Part shown: positions 44,244-53,851 of the stretch, piece after piece
How positions within the stretch are numbered: the first letter of the stretch is position 1
Layout: every line of letters begins with the position of its first letter
Source: a candidate division WOR-3 bacterium
GTDB lineage: Bacteria; Hydrothermota; Tepidihabitantia; Tepidihabitantales; Tepidihabitantaceae
Assembly: GCA_965649225.1 (NCBI GenBank)
Contig: CBFGJX010000003.1
Location: forward strand, 112,603-176,602
Length of the DNA stretch: 64,000 bases
Direction of reading: 5' to 3'
The notes under the pieces: model-generated
What the model was told of the DNA's origin: nothing
What the model saw: only the letters and a program-made list of their open reading frames with translations
The model's database searches: none
Made by a program: the position numbers and the translations under genes

Positions 44244-44587
44244 CAGCCAAACCGAAGCGCAACGAGAAAGCCGGGCTCATCTCAGGTTAGAGCCGGCAAC
44301 GGCTTTCCCGGCGACATCTGCCCGCTGTTTTCCAGAAGCCGCCAGCTCCACCCACCCGGCCAGGTTCAATCGGGTCAAACACTTGCGCTGCGGTTTCGAA
44401 GTTGGATGCTGGATTTCCGCGTGGTCATTGACCGTATCCGGACCGCTCTCCCCGCAGTATTGACTGCGGTAGAAGGCTGCAAAACCCAAAATCCCGACCC
44501 CGGCTGTCTTGTTTGAGCCGGGCCGGGCTGATACGGTCATTTATTTCACCGTCGGGCGCACGACATCGGATTGAGGCAGCCGGGCCG

Positions 44588-44623
44588 AAAAAGCTGCGGC
44601 GGGGAGTTTTCTCCCCGCCGCAG
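44588..44623 (-). terminator. rho-independent terminator CTGCGGCGGGGAG-aaaa-CTCCCCGCCGCAG followed by CTTTTT, 18 nt after the stop of the 44641..46473 gene
   Basis: Perfect 13-bp stem, 4-nt loop, U-tract on the minus strand. Confidence 0.7.
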
Positions 44624-44640
44624 ACAAAACACTGTTCGTG

Positions 44641-46473
44641 CTACCGGGCGATGACGACCTTCGCCACCGGCACAGTGCTGCCGATCGCCCGGGCAAAGTA
44701 GATGCCCTCGGGCAGCAGCCGGCCCCGGCTGTCGCGGCCATCAAACCGGGCACTGCCACGCTCCAGCTCGAGGGTACGGACGACCGTACCGGTCGCATCA
44801 TAGACCTCGACTCCGGTCGGATTGCCCGGCGCATTCTGCAGTTGCAGCAATGTCACGCTGCCGAACGGATTCGGGTTGACCTCAATCCGGGCCCGCGGCC
44901 GCACCGGCGCCGGCGCAAGCTCCATCAGCCCGACCGGTCCGGACACGGTCGCGTTGGCCATCACGTCCTGCCGCGGTGCATCACGACCGGGCGCCCAGAC
45001 GCCGGTGTACTCCCAGCCCTGATACGACAGCGGCGGCACCGAGTCCATGCCGAACGAAGGTGCCGAAGACACCGCCGACATCGCGCCGACAAAGAAGCCG
45101 CCCGAGGTGATGACCGCCGGGGTCGGCAGGGTCAGCGAATACCAGTTGGCGGCGCTGACATTGATGTCGCTGATGTAAAGCGTTTCGCCCGGCGAACCGC
45201 CCGGACCGTTATCCTTGAACAGACCGAGCGCGCAGGTCGTCGGGCTGGTCGCCTGAGCGTAGATTCGAATCGCGCTGATTGAACAAGGATACACCGGCGG
45301 ATAGAAGAAGTTGCCGAATCCGCCCGGCCCGTTCCACGACATTGACGCCGTCGGTGTGCCGCGGTCATAGGTCAGCGTTGCCGGCATCGTGATTACCCGG
45401 TACTCAATCTTGGCCGTGTCGTTGGTCGGCATCACGTCGCCGGTCAGCCGGGTATAGATTGACAGCACGTAGGTACCGGTGGCGGTTGGCGTGTAAACAT
45501 TCGGGAACACCACCGAGTCGCTTTCACCCGGATTCATCGCCCGGGCCGTGGCGGAATCAAAGAACACCACCGAGCCATTGGTGCGGGCCACCCGGGCATA
45601 GACCTTGAACGCCGGCTCAGGCTGATTGCCGAAATTGCGGAACACGCCCCAGAAACTCTGCGGGCGGTTGTTGATGCCGAAGAAAGCGGCGGTCTTCTCG
45701 TTCATCGCCTTGTGGGTGCCGACGTCGTGCACCTGATAGGTGGTCGACTCCGGCGGGAAGAACCGCACTGCCAGCGCCGGATGATACATGTTGCCCGGCG
45801 GAATCGTGCCCGACAGATAGTTCAGCCCGACGCTGCCCGAGACATTCTCGATGCCGGTCTGGTTGCTGGTCGGCGCCCAGCCCTGATACGGCGCGCCCGA
45901 CTGCTCCTTGTACTGGAAGGTAATCGCCGAGTCCGGCTTCGACAGGATAATCTGGAAACTGTTGTTGCCGCCGGTGCTCCAGAACGCGATGGAGTCGAAC
46001 TGAACGATGAAGGTGTCCTGGGCCGGGTTGGTCCAGTACCAGGCCGAACCGCGGGGCGAGCCGCCCGAACTCGGGTCGAGGTCACTCATCAGAATCGCCA
46101 GCGTATTGTTGGTGCGCAACGGCGAAGGCACCGGATTGAACGGCGAAGCGTTGAGACCGTTGTCGCCGAAGGTGATGTAGCCGTTGGAACCGACATAGAC
46201 CGAGTTGACGCGGTACCAGTAGTAGGGGAAGTTGAAACCGATCGGGAACGGCCCGACGACATTGTCGTCACCCAGACCGGTGATGCGGGTGCCGATACCC
46301 TTGATGTCAACCCAGTTGTAGGTCGGCGCACCCGGTGCGGTCGTGTCGGAATCGAGGTAGCGGTAACCGTAGGCATCCGGCCCGCCGCCGCCCGCGATTA
46401 CCGGCGCACTGACGCTGCCCGGATTGACCGGCGAGACAGCGACCAGCGCGATCGCAATAATGGACAGAATCAC
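44641..46473 (-). CDS. 610-aa secreted hypothetical protein with T9SS CTD; GTG start
   Basis: RBS AAAAGGAGGtcagaGTG; signal MILSIIAIALVAVSPV; CTD ...LPEGIYFARAIGSTVPVAKVVIAR; no catalytic motif recognised. Confidence 0.7.
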   Translation of the reverse strand: MILSIIAIALVAVSPVNPGSVSAPVIAGGGGPDAYGYRYLDSDTTAPGAPTYNWVDIKGIGTRITGLGDDNVVGPFPIGFNFPYYWYRVNSVYVGSNGYITFGDNGLNASPFNPVPSPLRTNNTLAILMSDLDPSSGGSPRGSAWYWTNPAQDTFIVQFDSIAFWSTGGNNSFQIILSKPDSAITFQYKEQSGAPYQGWAPTSNQTGIENVSGSVGLNYLSGTIPPGNMYHPALAVRFFPPESTTYQVHDVGTHKAMNEKTAAFFGINNRPQSFWGVFRNFGNQPEPAFKVYARVARTNGSVVFFDSATARAMNPGESDSVVFPNVYTPTATGTYVLSIYTRLTGDVMPTNDTAKIEYRVITMPATLTYDRGTPTASMSWNGPGGFGNFFYPPVYPCSISAIRIYAQATSPTTCALGLFKDNGPGGSPGETLYISDINVSAANWYSLTLPTPAVITSGGFFVGAMSAVSSAPSFGMDSVPPLSYQGWEYTGVWAPGRDAPRQDVMANATVSGPVGLMELAPAPVRPRARIEVNPNPFGSVTLLQLQNAPGNPTGVEVYDATGTVVRTLELERGSARFDGRDSRGRLLPEGIYFARAIGSTVPVAKVVIAR

Positions 46474-46623
46474 TCTGACCTCCTTTTGGCCCCTTGTCGT
46501 TCAGGGCCTTTACTGTTCTTGCTGACTGTGCCGGATTGTCCGGCGCGGCAACCACCGCCGCTTCCAGAATATATGCGCACCTGCTCCGGTGTCAAGCCGC
46601 TATCAGCATCGGCTGTCACTTGC

Positions 46624-46651
46624 TTGACTTGTCCGGTCGGTCGTCAACAAT
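46624..46651 (+). promoter_or_regulatory. putative promoter TTGACT-16-AACAAT ending 8 nt before the murA ATG (leaderless predicted)
   Basis: gcTTGACTtgtccggtcggtcgtcAACAATgtcccgtcATG. Confidence 0.35.
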
Positions 46652-46659
46652 GTCCCGTC

Positions 46660-47919
46660 ATGGACAAATTTCTCATCCGGGGTGGCCGGCGGCTTGAAGG
46701 CCGGGTTTCGGTCGCCGTGGCCAAGAACGCGGTTCTGCCGATACTGGCCGCCTGTCTGCTCACTGATGAACCCTGCACGATCCGGGGTGTACCCCAGCTC
46801 GAAGACGTCGCGACGATGCTGCGGCTCTTGACATCGATGGGAGCGCAGGTGACCCGTCGCGGCGGCACGGTCACGATCACCGCCGCCGGCAGAATTGACC
46901 GCACCGCTCCCTACGACATCGTCCGCAAAATGCGCGCCTCCTATTACGTGCTCGGCCCGCTGTTGGCGCGCTTCGGCGACTGCCGGGTATCGCTGCCCGG
47001 CGGCTGCGCAATCGGTCCGCGGCCGGTTGATCTCCATCTCAAAGGCATCGGTGCGCTCGGCGCCCGGATTGCGGTCGAACACGGCTATATCCACGCCACC
47101 GGCCGGCAACTGCAGGGCAGCCCGATGGTACTGGAAGGAGCCAACGGCCCCTCGGTCGGCGCAACCTGCAATGTGATAATGGCCGCCGCGCTCGCCCGGG
47201 GCGAAACCGTCATCGAAGGCGCGGCCGCCGAACCGGAAGTCGCCGACCTCGCCGACTTCATCAACTGCCTCGGTGGCCGGGTCGAAGGCGGCGGCAGTTC
47301 CACTGTCCGCATCCGCGGCGTCCGCCGGCTGCACGGCGCCGAATACCGGCCGATACCCGACCGCATCGAAGCCGGCACCTTTGCCGCGGCGGCGGCCATC
47401 ACCCGCGGCCGGGTCGAAATCACCAACTGCAACCCGGCACATCTGGTTGCGGTCATCGCCAAACTCCGCGAAGCCGGCATCACGGTGGAAACCGACCGCA
47501 ACACCCTGATTGTCTCGGCCCAGGACCGCCCCGAACCGGTGCGGATCAGCACCATGCCTTACCCCGGCTTTCCCACCGACCTGCAGGCCCAGTTCACCGC
47601 CCTGCTCTGTCTCGGCAAAGGCACCAGCGTCGTCACCGAAAACATCTTCGAATCACGGTTTCTCCACGCGCTGGAGCTCAACCGGATGGGTGCCCGCATC
47701 GACATCACCGGCAACATGGCGGTGATTCTGGGCATCGAGTCGCTCAGCTCGGCACAGGTGATGGCTTCTGATTTGCGGGCCTCGGCCGCACTGGTACTGG
47801 CCGGCTTGGCGGCACGGGGCACGACCGAAGTACTGCGCATCTACCACCTCGACCGCGGCTACGAAAAACTGGAAGCCAAGCTCAACGCACTCGGTGCGCG
47901 GATTGAGCGGGTGCGCTGA
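46660..47919 (+). CDS. murA: UDP-N-acetylglucosamine 1-carboxyvinyltransferase
   Basis: MDKFLIRGGRRLEGRVSVAVAKNAVLPIL...; active-site Cys in LPGGCAIGPRPVDLH; 419 aa; the track ORF is extended 5' through non-homologous sequence. Confidence 0.9.
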   Translation: MDKFLIRGGRRLEGRVSVAVAKNAVLPILAACLLTDEPCTIRGVPQLEDVATMLRLLTSMGAQVTRRGGTVTITAAGRIDRTAPYDIVRKMRASYYVLGPLLARFGDCRVSLPGGCAIGPRPVDLHLKGIGALGARIAVEHGYIHATGRQLQGSPMVLEGANGPSVGATCNVIMAAALARGETVIEGAAAEPEVADLADFINCLGGRVEGGGSSTVRIRGVRRLHGAEYRPIPDRIEAGTFAAAAAITRGRVEITNCNPAHLVAVIAKLREAGITVETDRNTLIVSAQDRPEPVRISTMPYPGFPTDLQAQFTALLCLGKGTSVVTENIFESRFLHALELNRMGARIDITGNMAVILGIESLSSAQVMASDLRASAALVLAGLAARGTTEVLRIYHLDRGYEKLEAKLNALGARIERVR

Positions 47920-47920
47920 A

Positions 47921-48961
47921 ATGACCCAGCGCCGGGCAGTGACCGTCGGCCCGCTTGTCATCGGCGGCGGTGCGCCGGTGGTTGTCCAGTCAATGACCAA
48001 CACCCGCACCGACGATGTCGCCGCTACCCTGCGGCAGATCCGCCGGCTCGAACGTGCCGGCTGTGAACTGGTGCGCCTGGCCGTTCCCGACCACGCCGCT
48101 GCCGCTGCCCTGCCGGCCATCCGCGCCCGCACCCGCCTGCCGCTGTGTGCCGACATCCATTTCGATTACCGTCTCGCCCTTGCCGCCATCGCTGCCGGCG
48201 TTGACAAAATCCGCATCAACCCGGGCAACATTGGCAGCACCGTCCGGGTAAGGGAAGTCATCCGTGCCGCGGCTGACCGGCACACCGCCATCCGGGTTGG
48301 CGTCAACTCCGGTTCCCTGCCCAAAGCGGTCCTGCGTTGTCACGGCCGGCCGACCCCGGCCGCGCTGATCGAAAGTCTCAACCGCTCGCTCGAACCCTTT
48401 CAGGTGCTGAACTTTCACGACATCGTCCTTTCGGCCAAAACCACCGCCGTGTCCGACACCATCGCCGTCTATCGCGAACTGGCCCGCGTCCTGCCCTATC
48501 CGCTCCATCTGGGGCTGACCGAAGCCGGCCTCCCCCTCGAAGGGGCAATCCGCTCGACCGCGGCCCTGGCCCCGCTGCTGCTTGATGGCATCGGCGACAC
48601 CATCCGCATCTCACTCACCGGTGACCCGGTGCTGGAAGTTCACGCCGCCTGGCAGCTGCTGGCCGCGCTCGACCTGCGCCGGCGCGGCCCGCTGGTCTAC
48701 GCCTGCCCCACCTGCGGTCGCACCGGCATTGACGTTGCCGGACTCACCCGGCAGGTACAGCGCGCCCTCGCCGGCTCGAACCGGCTGGTGAAGATTGCGG
48801 TCATGGGCTGCGTCGTCAACGGGCCGGGCGAAGCCCGCGAAGCCGACTACGGCATTGCCGGCGGCCGCGGCCGCGGCGTCATCTTCGCCCGCGGGCAGGT
48901 GGTCAAGACCTGTCCGGAAAAGATGCTTGTCCCGGAATTGTTGCGTATAATGTCCCAATGA
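47921..48961 (+). CDS. ispG: 4-hydroxy-3-methylbut-2-enyl diphosphate synthase (GcpE)
   Basis: MTQRRAVTVGPLVIGGGAPVVVQSMTNTRTDDV...; C-terminal CPTCGRTG...GCVVNGPGE cluster cysteines; starts 1 nt after the murA stop. Confidence 0.9.
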   Translation: MTQRRAVTVGPLVIGGGAPVVVQSMTNTRTDDVAATLRQIRRLERAGCELVRLAVPDHAAAAALPAIRARTRLPLCADIHFDYRLALAAIAAGVDKIRINPGNIGSTVRVREVIRAAADRHTAIRVGVNSGSLPKAVLRCHGRPTPAALIESLNRSLEPFQVLNFHDIVLSAKTTAVSDTIAVYRELARVLPYPLHLGLTEAGLPLEGAIRSTAALAPLLLDGIGDTIRISLTGDPVLEVHAAWQLLAALDLRRRGPLVYACPTCGRTGIDVAGLTRQVQRALAGSNRLVKIAVMGCVVNGPGEAREADYGIAGGRGRGVIFARGQVVKTCPEKMLVPELLRIMSQ

Positions 48962-50436
48962 GCCGCACGGTCTGCTGCCGGATGCTGTTCGTCCTGCTCG
49001 TCTCGCTCGCCGGTGCTGCCACCGCTGCCGCCTGCACCATCGGTGCGTTCAGTGGCCGGGCAACCGCCGACGGCCGGCCGGTACTGTGGAAAAACCGCGA
49101 CGTCGACAATCAGAATCAGGAACTGCGTTTCTGGCTCGGCGGCCGCTACCGCTTCGTGTCCAACGCCTACGCCGACGACACTCTCAACGCCTGGGGCGGC
49201 ATCAACGAAGTCGGGTTTGGCATCATGAATTCCAACGCCTACAACCTCGGCCCCAAGCTCAAACGCAAGGGTCCCGATGACGGCAACATCATGGCGCTGG
49301 CTCTGGCCACCTGTGCGACGCTGGCCGATTTCGAGAAACTGCTCGACTCGTTCAACTTCATCGGTCGAACCACCCCGGCCAACTTCGGTGTCCTCGACTC
49401 CACCGGTGCCGCCGCCATTTACGAAGCGTCCAACACCTGGTATGTCCGCTGTGACGCCGCCGCCGACACTCTCGGCTATACCCTGCGCGCCAATTATTCG
49501 TTCTCCGGCGACTCGATCCGGCTGCGCGGTCACAACCGTTTCCTGCGTGCCTTCGCCGTCTGCTCCACCCGTCACCGCTCCCGGCCGATCGACGTCCGCT
49601 TCATCATGGGCCGCCTCGCCCGTGACCTGGGACAACCCGGCTTCGACCCCTACCCGCTGCCCTTCGGCGGTACTTTCGGCAGTCTGCCGGTCGGCTATCT
49701 GCCCACCGACACAACTATCTGCCGGCTGAAAACCCGCTCGGTGGAAGTAATCGTCGGCGCCCGCCCGGGTGCCGGACCCGGCACGGCGATGATGTGGTAC
49801 TATCCCGGCTCACCGCTTACCAGTCTGCCGATTCCGGCCTGGCCGGCGGCGGAAAGCGTCCCGTCGGTACTCGACGGTCCAGACCGCGCCGTGCTCTGCG
49901 ACGAGGCGATCCGGCTGCGCGACTACCTGCTGTCCGAACCCGGATTTCCGACCGCCGTCAACACCCGCACGCTGGCGGTGGTGCTGGAGTTTTTCGCGCC
50001 GGTTGAATCGGTTATCTACCAGCTGGTTGACAGCTGCGAAGCGGTCTGGGGCGACAACGGCCCGTCACCGCTGCAGGCCTGGCAGACAACCAGCCGCTGC
50101 TGTTCCCTCGCGCTGGCGGCCTACCGCGGGGTCTGGGACCGCCTGCTCTGGGAAAGACTGGCTCGTTTCAGCATTCCGGTGGTCGATTCGACCCTGCCGA
50201 TTCTGCACGGCCCGAGCCGGCTGCGGTTGCCGACAGACTTTCCGGCCGGTCAGGTCGCCGTGCTTGACGCCGCGGGTCGCCACGTCGCCGAACTGCTCGT
50301 CCCTTACGGTCATTCGGTTGTCCAGTGGCCGCCGGCACCGCTCGGCACCGGCACCTACTATCTGGTCGCCGGTGATGGCCGCAACATCAGACGGCTGCGG
50401 CTGATATATCTGCTGCCGCCAGCGCCGCGCCGGTAG
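48958..50436 (+). CDS. secreted peptidase-C69-like Ntn-hydrolase with T9SS CTD
   Basis: Signal then AAACTIGAFSGRATADGRPVLWKNRDVD (compare C69 [23 protein letters not shown]: Cys nucleophile, ATADG, N..D); CTD ...GTGTYYLVAGDGRNIRRLRLIYLL; ATGA overlap with ispG. Confidence 0.65.
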   Translation: MSRTVCCRMLFVLLVSLAGAATAAACTIGAFSGRATADGRPVLWKNRDVDNQNQELRFWLGGRYRFVSNAYADDTLNAWGGINEVGFGIMNSNAYNLGPKLKRKGPDDGNIMALALATCATLADFEKLLDSFNFIGRTTPANFGVLDSTGAAAIYEASNTWYVRCDAAADTLGYTLRANYSFSGDSIRLRGHNRFLRAFAVCSTRHRSRPIDVRFIMGRLARDLGQPGFDPYPLPFGGTFGSLPVGYLPTDTTICRLKTRSVEVIVGARPGAGPGTAMMWYYPGSPLTSLPIPAWPAAESVPSVLDGPDRAVLCDEAIRLRDYLLSEPGFPTAVNTRTLAVVLEFFAPVESVIYQLVDSCEAVWGDNGPSPLQAWQTTSRCCSLALAAYRGVWDRLLWERLARFSIPVVDSTLPILHGPSRLRLPTDFPAGQVAVLDAAGRHVAELLVPYGHSVVQWPPAPLGTGTYYLVAGDGRNIRRLRLIYLLPPAPRR

Positions 50437-51175
50437 CCGCTGCCAGCAGTGGCTTGGCCGCCACTGCCACCGGCAGACCGATGGCTCTTGCCAGTGCTGC
50501 CCGCATGCCCTCGTCCTGCGCCACGCCGCCGGTGAAGACGACCGGGCCGACCAGCCGCAGTCGGGCCGCCATGTTGGCCACCCGCCGCGCCAGCGCCTCG
50601 TGCAGACCGGCAATGATATCTGCCACCGGCGTGTCTGCGGCCAGCAGCGACAGAATCTCCGATTCCGCCATCACCACGCAGAGGCTGGACACCGGCACCG
50701 GCCGCCGGGCCGAAAGCCCCAGCTGACCAAAGCTCTCCAGCGGCACCGAGAGCGTCCGGGCAAGAACCGAAAGAAACTGACCGGTACCGGCCGCGCAACG
50801 GTCATTCATTGCAAAATCGCTGACCCGCCCTGACTCGTCCAGAGTCAGCACCTTGGAGTCCTGTCCGCCAATATCAACAATTGTTCGACAATCGGGATGC
50901 CAGAACCTGATGCCAAGGGCGGCGGCTTTGATCTCGGTTATCTGCTCGGCCGCTCCTTCGACCACGCCCCGCGCGTAGCCGGTCGCGACCAGCACTCCCC
51001 CCTGACCGTGCAGCTCCGGATGTTCGCGCCGGCAGTCTTCCAGCAGCATCCGGACCGTATCCCGCGGCCGCGGCCCGGTCGATTCAACCCGCTCGCACAA
51101 CACTCTCCGACTGGCCGGCTCAATCACCACCAGCTTGGTATTCACCGAGCCAACATCAATCCCCGCCGCCGTCAA
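50387..51175 (-). CDS. HgdC/BcrAD-type ATPase activator ([4Fe-4S] activase of 2-hydroxyacyl-CoA dehydratase-like enzymes)
   Basis: GIDVGSVNTKLVV; NDRCAAGTGQFL and SSLCVVMAESE (cluster-bridging Cys motifs as in HgdC); 3' end overlaps the convergent C69-like gene by 50 nt. Confidence 0.8.
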   Translation of the reverse strand: MTAAGIDVGSVNTKLVVIEPASRRVLCERVESTGPRPRDTVRMLLEDCRREHPELHGQGGVLVATGYARGVVEGAAEQITEIKAAALGIRFWHPDCRTIVDIGGQDSKVLTLDESGRVSDFAMNDRCAAGTGQFLSVLARTLSVPLESFGQLGLSARRPVPVSSLCVVMAESEILSLLAADTPVADIIAGLHEALARRVANMAARLRLVGPVVFTGGVAQDEGMRAALARAIGLPVAVAAKPLLAAATGAALAAADISAAAV

Positions 51176-52269
51176 CTGCTTTGCCTCCTGTCGGTCTGCC
51201 GGGCTCGACCGGTGCCAAAACCGGGATTGGTCCCGGCCTGCCGCGCCGCCCGCACGAATGCCCGGACATTCTCCTCCGGCGTGTCAATCGGCACCTCGCA
51301 GCCGGTCGCGGCAACAAAACCGCGCGGACAACCCTGCCCGGCCATCACCATCTGGGCCGTGCTGCGTTCGATTTCACCCGGTGCGGCCAGCAGCAGTGTC
51401 GAGGTGTCGAAATTACCCACAATCCGGCACTGCCCGCCGGCAGCGGCAATCGCCCGTTCCAGCTCGAGCCGGTCGATGCTCAAAAGGTCTGCCCCGCTCT
51501 GGGGCATCAGTTCGACGATTGAATCGGTATCACCACAGATGTGCAGCACAATGTCCAGGTCAAAGCGGTGCAGATAGCTGATTACCGTTGTTTCTGCCGG
51601 CAGTGCGAACTGCCGGTAATGGTCGGCCGAAATCACGCTGCCTGATGCCAGCGGGTCAACCAGTATCGGCAGCCCACCGGCACCGATTATCGCCCGGCAG
51701 AAACGGATTGTCGAACTGCCTGCCCAGTCCAGCAGCCGCATAACCAGTTCCGGCCACTCAACCAGCCCGGTGAGAAAAGCTTCCGGGTCAACCAGCTGCT
51801 GAGCGGTAGTGAACGGTGCCGGCACATACGCCAGAATCGGGACCGTATCGCCACGCGCCTCCCAGGCATCGGCGATTGCATCCAGATAAACTCTGAGTCG
51901 GCCGTCGCGCACCGGGTCAACAGTCAGTTCACCCTGCCGGTTCAGTGCCGCGGCCGCTTCGTCCAGTTTCTGCCACCGCGGCCGCGCCAGCATCGGCAGG
52001 TCATCCTCAGGGTAGCTGTACTCGGAACCCAGCGCTTCTGCCAGCAGACCGACTTCAGAGAAGAACGAGATGAAATCGGTTCCGTAGTGCTCCTGTGCCA
52101 CCAGTTGACTGTGCGCCATTGCCCGGCCGTCGGTGTAGTAGTCGCGCAGGCTGATTCCGGCCACCCGCGCGGCATGAGCAGTAATCAACGGGAAAACCGG
52201 CACCCGGTCCTGTGGCTCATCGATCACCAGCAGTCCGAAGCGTTCTCTGGGAGTAAGCCGGTCTTTCAT
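51172..52269 (-). CDS. UroD/MtaA-CmuA-family methylcobamide methyltransferase-like protein (copy 2)
   Basis: Zn motif DIVLHICGDTDS and downstream VAATGCEVPIDTPEENV. Confidence 0.75.
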   Translation of the reverse strand: MKDRLTPRERFGLLVIDEPQDRVPVFPLITAHAARVAGISLRDYYTDGRAMAHSQLVAQEHYGTDFISFFSEVGLLAEALGSEYSYPEDDLPMLARPRWQKLDEAAAALNRQGELTVDPVRDGRLRVYLDAIADAWEARGDTVPILAYVPAPFTTAQQLVDPEAFLTGLVEWPELVMRLLDWAGSSTIRFCRAIIGAGGLPILVDPLASGSVISADHYRQFALPAETTVISYLHRFDLDIVLHICGDTDSIVELMPQSGADLLSIDRLELERAIAAAGGQCRIVGNFDTSTLLLAAPGEIERSTAQMVMAGQGCPRGFVAATGCEVPIDTPEENVRAFVRAARQAGTNPGFGTGRARQTDRRQSS

Positions 52270-52360
52270 CTATGCCCGGCCCTTGGCCAACCACCCGTTC
52301 TGGCCCGAACGTCAATCAACATGCCCACTGGGAGCAGAATCACCTGCATCTGACCGCCCT

Positions 52361-53851
52361 TTAACTCTGCCGGCGTCCGCGGACGACTTCAAGAAAAGCC
52401 GCTATCCGGGTCTCAATCTGCCGGTTGAGTTCCCGGGCCGGTGCCAGCACATCAAACTCCAGCACCGGCAAATCGAGGGCGGCCCGCACCTCCTCGGCAA
52501 TCGGCCGCGACTCCATCGCACAGTGAGAACCGCCCAGTACGCCCGAAACGATGACCCCTTCGGCATCGTACTGCCGGGCACGAACAATCAAAGCCTGCGC
52601 GCGCTGACGGCTGGAACCAATCAGCGAGGCTGCCATGAACGACTCGGCAATATCGCTCAGCCGTGCATCGCAGGCTTCAGCCTCACCCTTGTCACCGCTG
52701 CCGATAATCTCCAGTGCCTGATTGATCAGATACTCGGTTGCAACGACCCGGCAGCCGCGGTCCTCAACCGCGCAGAGCAGCAGCGGGTCGGCCGGTGGTG
52801 AACACCAGGCAATCCGCAGCGCGTCAGCAGCCAGCGGCAGGTCGCCACGCTCGACCCGTTGCTGCGCCGTGTCCAGCAGCTGCTCGAGGATATCGGCCCA
52901 TTCGACCATGTCCGAGTAGCCGTGCAGACAACCAAACTCGACCACCATCATCTCCAGCGCCGGCAGCGCCCCCCTGCCATAGGCCAGTGCGGCAAGCTCC
53001 CGTGTCAACCGGCGCACCCGATTGGCCTGGGCAATGCTCCGCTCCAAGTCCGCCGGGGTCAACCGGTGACCGGTGATTGACTCCAGCCGCGCCACAATCC
53101 GCCGGTACTCGTTCACCAGCAGGTCACGCGCTGCCGGGTCATAGACCGTCCGGCTGTCGCCCGTCGCCGCCGGCCGCCCGAGACACCCGCGGCACGCCTC
53201 CGGGTCGCTGCGCATCGGCACCTCGACCCAGAGCGTTTCCGGCACCAGGGTTGCCACGCGCGACTCAACCCCGGAAAAATCATCGCAGGTCGCGCCGGTC
53301 GAGGCAATCACCAGGTCCGGGTCGGGAAAGTAGCTGTGCTTGAAGAACGCGCCCAGTGCCGCACGCGAAAAGCAGGTCGCCTCGCCGATGCCCAGCTCGG
53401 CCGCGGCGTCAAACAGCACGTTTGACTCCATCACGAACGGCGTCCACCAGATACAATCAGGATAGAACGCGACGCAGCCGGGAAACGCATTGACAACTAC
53501 CGGCACGGCGCCAAGGTCACCCATCACCGCAACAACCTTCAGCCCGAGCTGGCGGGCCCGAAACAGCCGTTCCGTTTCGTTCTGAACAAAACCCCACAGC
53601 CGCAGTGCGGCCAGTGAATTGTCAAACCGCAGCCGCTTCAGATGCCGGCAGCCGTAGATGGCAAAAGTCTGGGGTGGAAAAAGATAGGCCGACCACTGTG
53701 CCGGCACTGGCTGATGCTGCCGGTAGTAATGGTAACGCCCGATCGTCTCGTCCGGCACCAGTTCGAACAGGTTCAACCATTCGTCAAACCCGACCCGGGC
53801 CGCTTTCGGGTCAACCCAACCCCTGCCTGCCGGCCCGCTGTCACCCTTCAC
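52361..53851 (-). CDS. 2-hydroxyacyl-CoA dehydratase / benzoyl-CoA-reductase BcrBC / DCCP family (HGD-D) subunit, HgdA-like
   Basis: 496 aa; conserved Cys pattern (GCVAFYPDCIWW, ATCFSRA, CAVEDRGCRVVATEY); 4-nt overlap with the upstream HgdB-like gene. Confidence 0.7.
   Translation of the reverse strand: MKGDSGPAGRGWVDPKAARVGFDEWLNLFELVPDETIGRYHYYRQHQPVPAQWSAYLFPPQTFAIYGCRHLKRLRFDNSLAALRLWGFVQNETERLFRARQLGLKVVAVMGDLGAVPVVVNAFPGCVAFYPDCIWWTPFVMESNVLFDAAAELGIGEATCFSRAALGAFFKHSYFPDPDLVIASTGATCDDFSGVESRVATLVPETLWVEVPMRSDPEACRGCLGRPAATGDSRTVYDPAARDLLVNEYRRIVARLESITGHRLTPADLERSIAQANRVRRLTRELAALAYGRGALPALEMMVVEFGCLHGYSDMVEWADILEQLLDTAQQRVERGDLPLAADALRIAWCSPPADPLLLCAVEDRGCRVVATEYLINQALEIIGSGDKGEAEACDARLSDIAESFMAASLIGSSRQRAQALIVRARQYDAEGVIVSGVLGGSHCAMESRPIAEEVRAALDLPVLEFDVLAPARELNRQIETRIAAFLEVVRGRRQS

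Noticed and set aside
44277-44540. 87-aa minus-strand ORF in the 340-bp gap between two terminator-like hairpins
   Set aside because: No SD and unremarkable composition. The gap more likely holds untranslated leader or small-RNA sequence (see the finding at 44100-44245). It is kept as an open question rather than a CDS.
45712-46659. 5' extension of the murA ORF to a 735-aa reading frame
   Set aside because: MurA homology starts at MDKFLIRGG (46660). The extension is antisense to the 44641..46473 cargo gene and rich in Arg/Gly.
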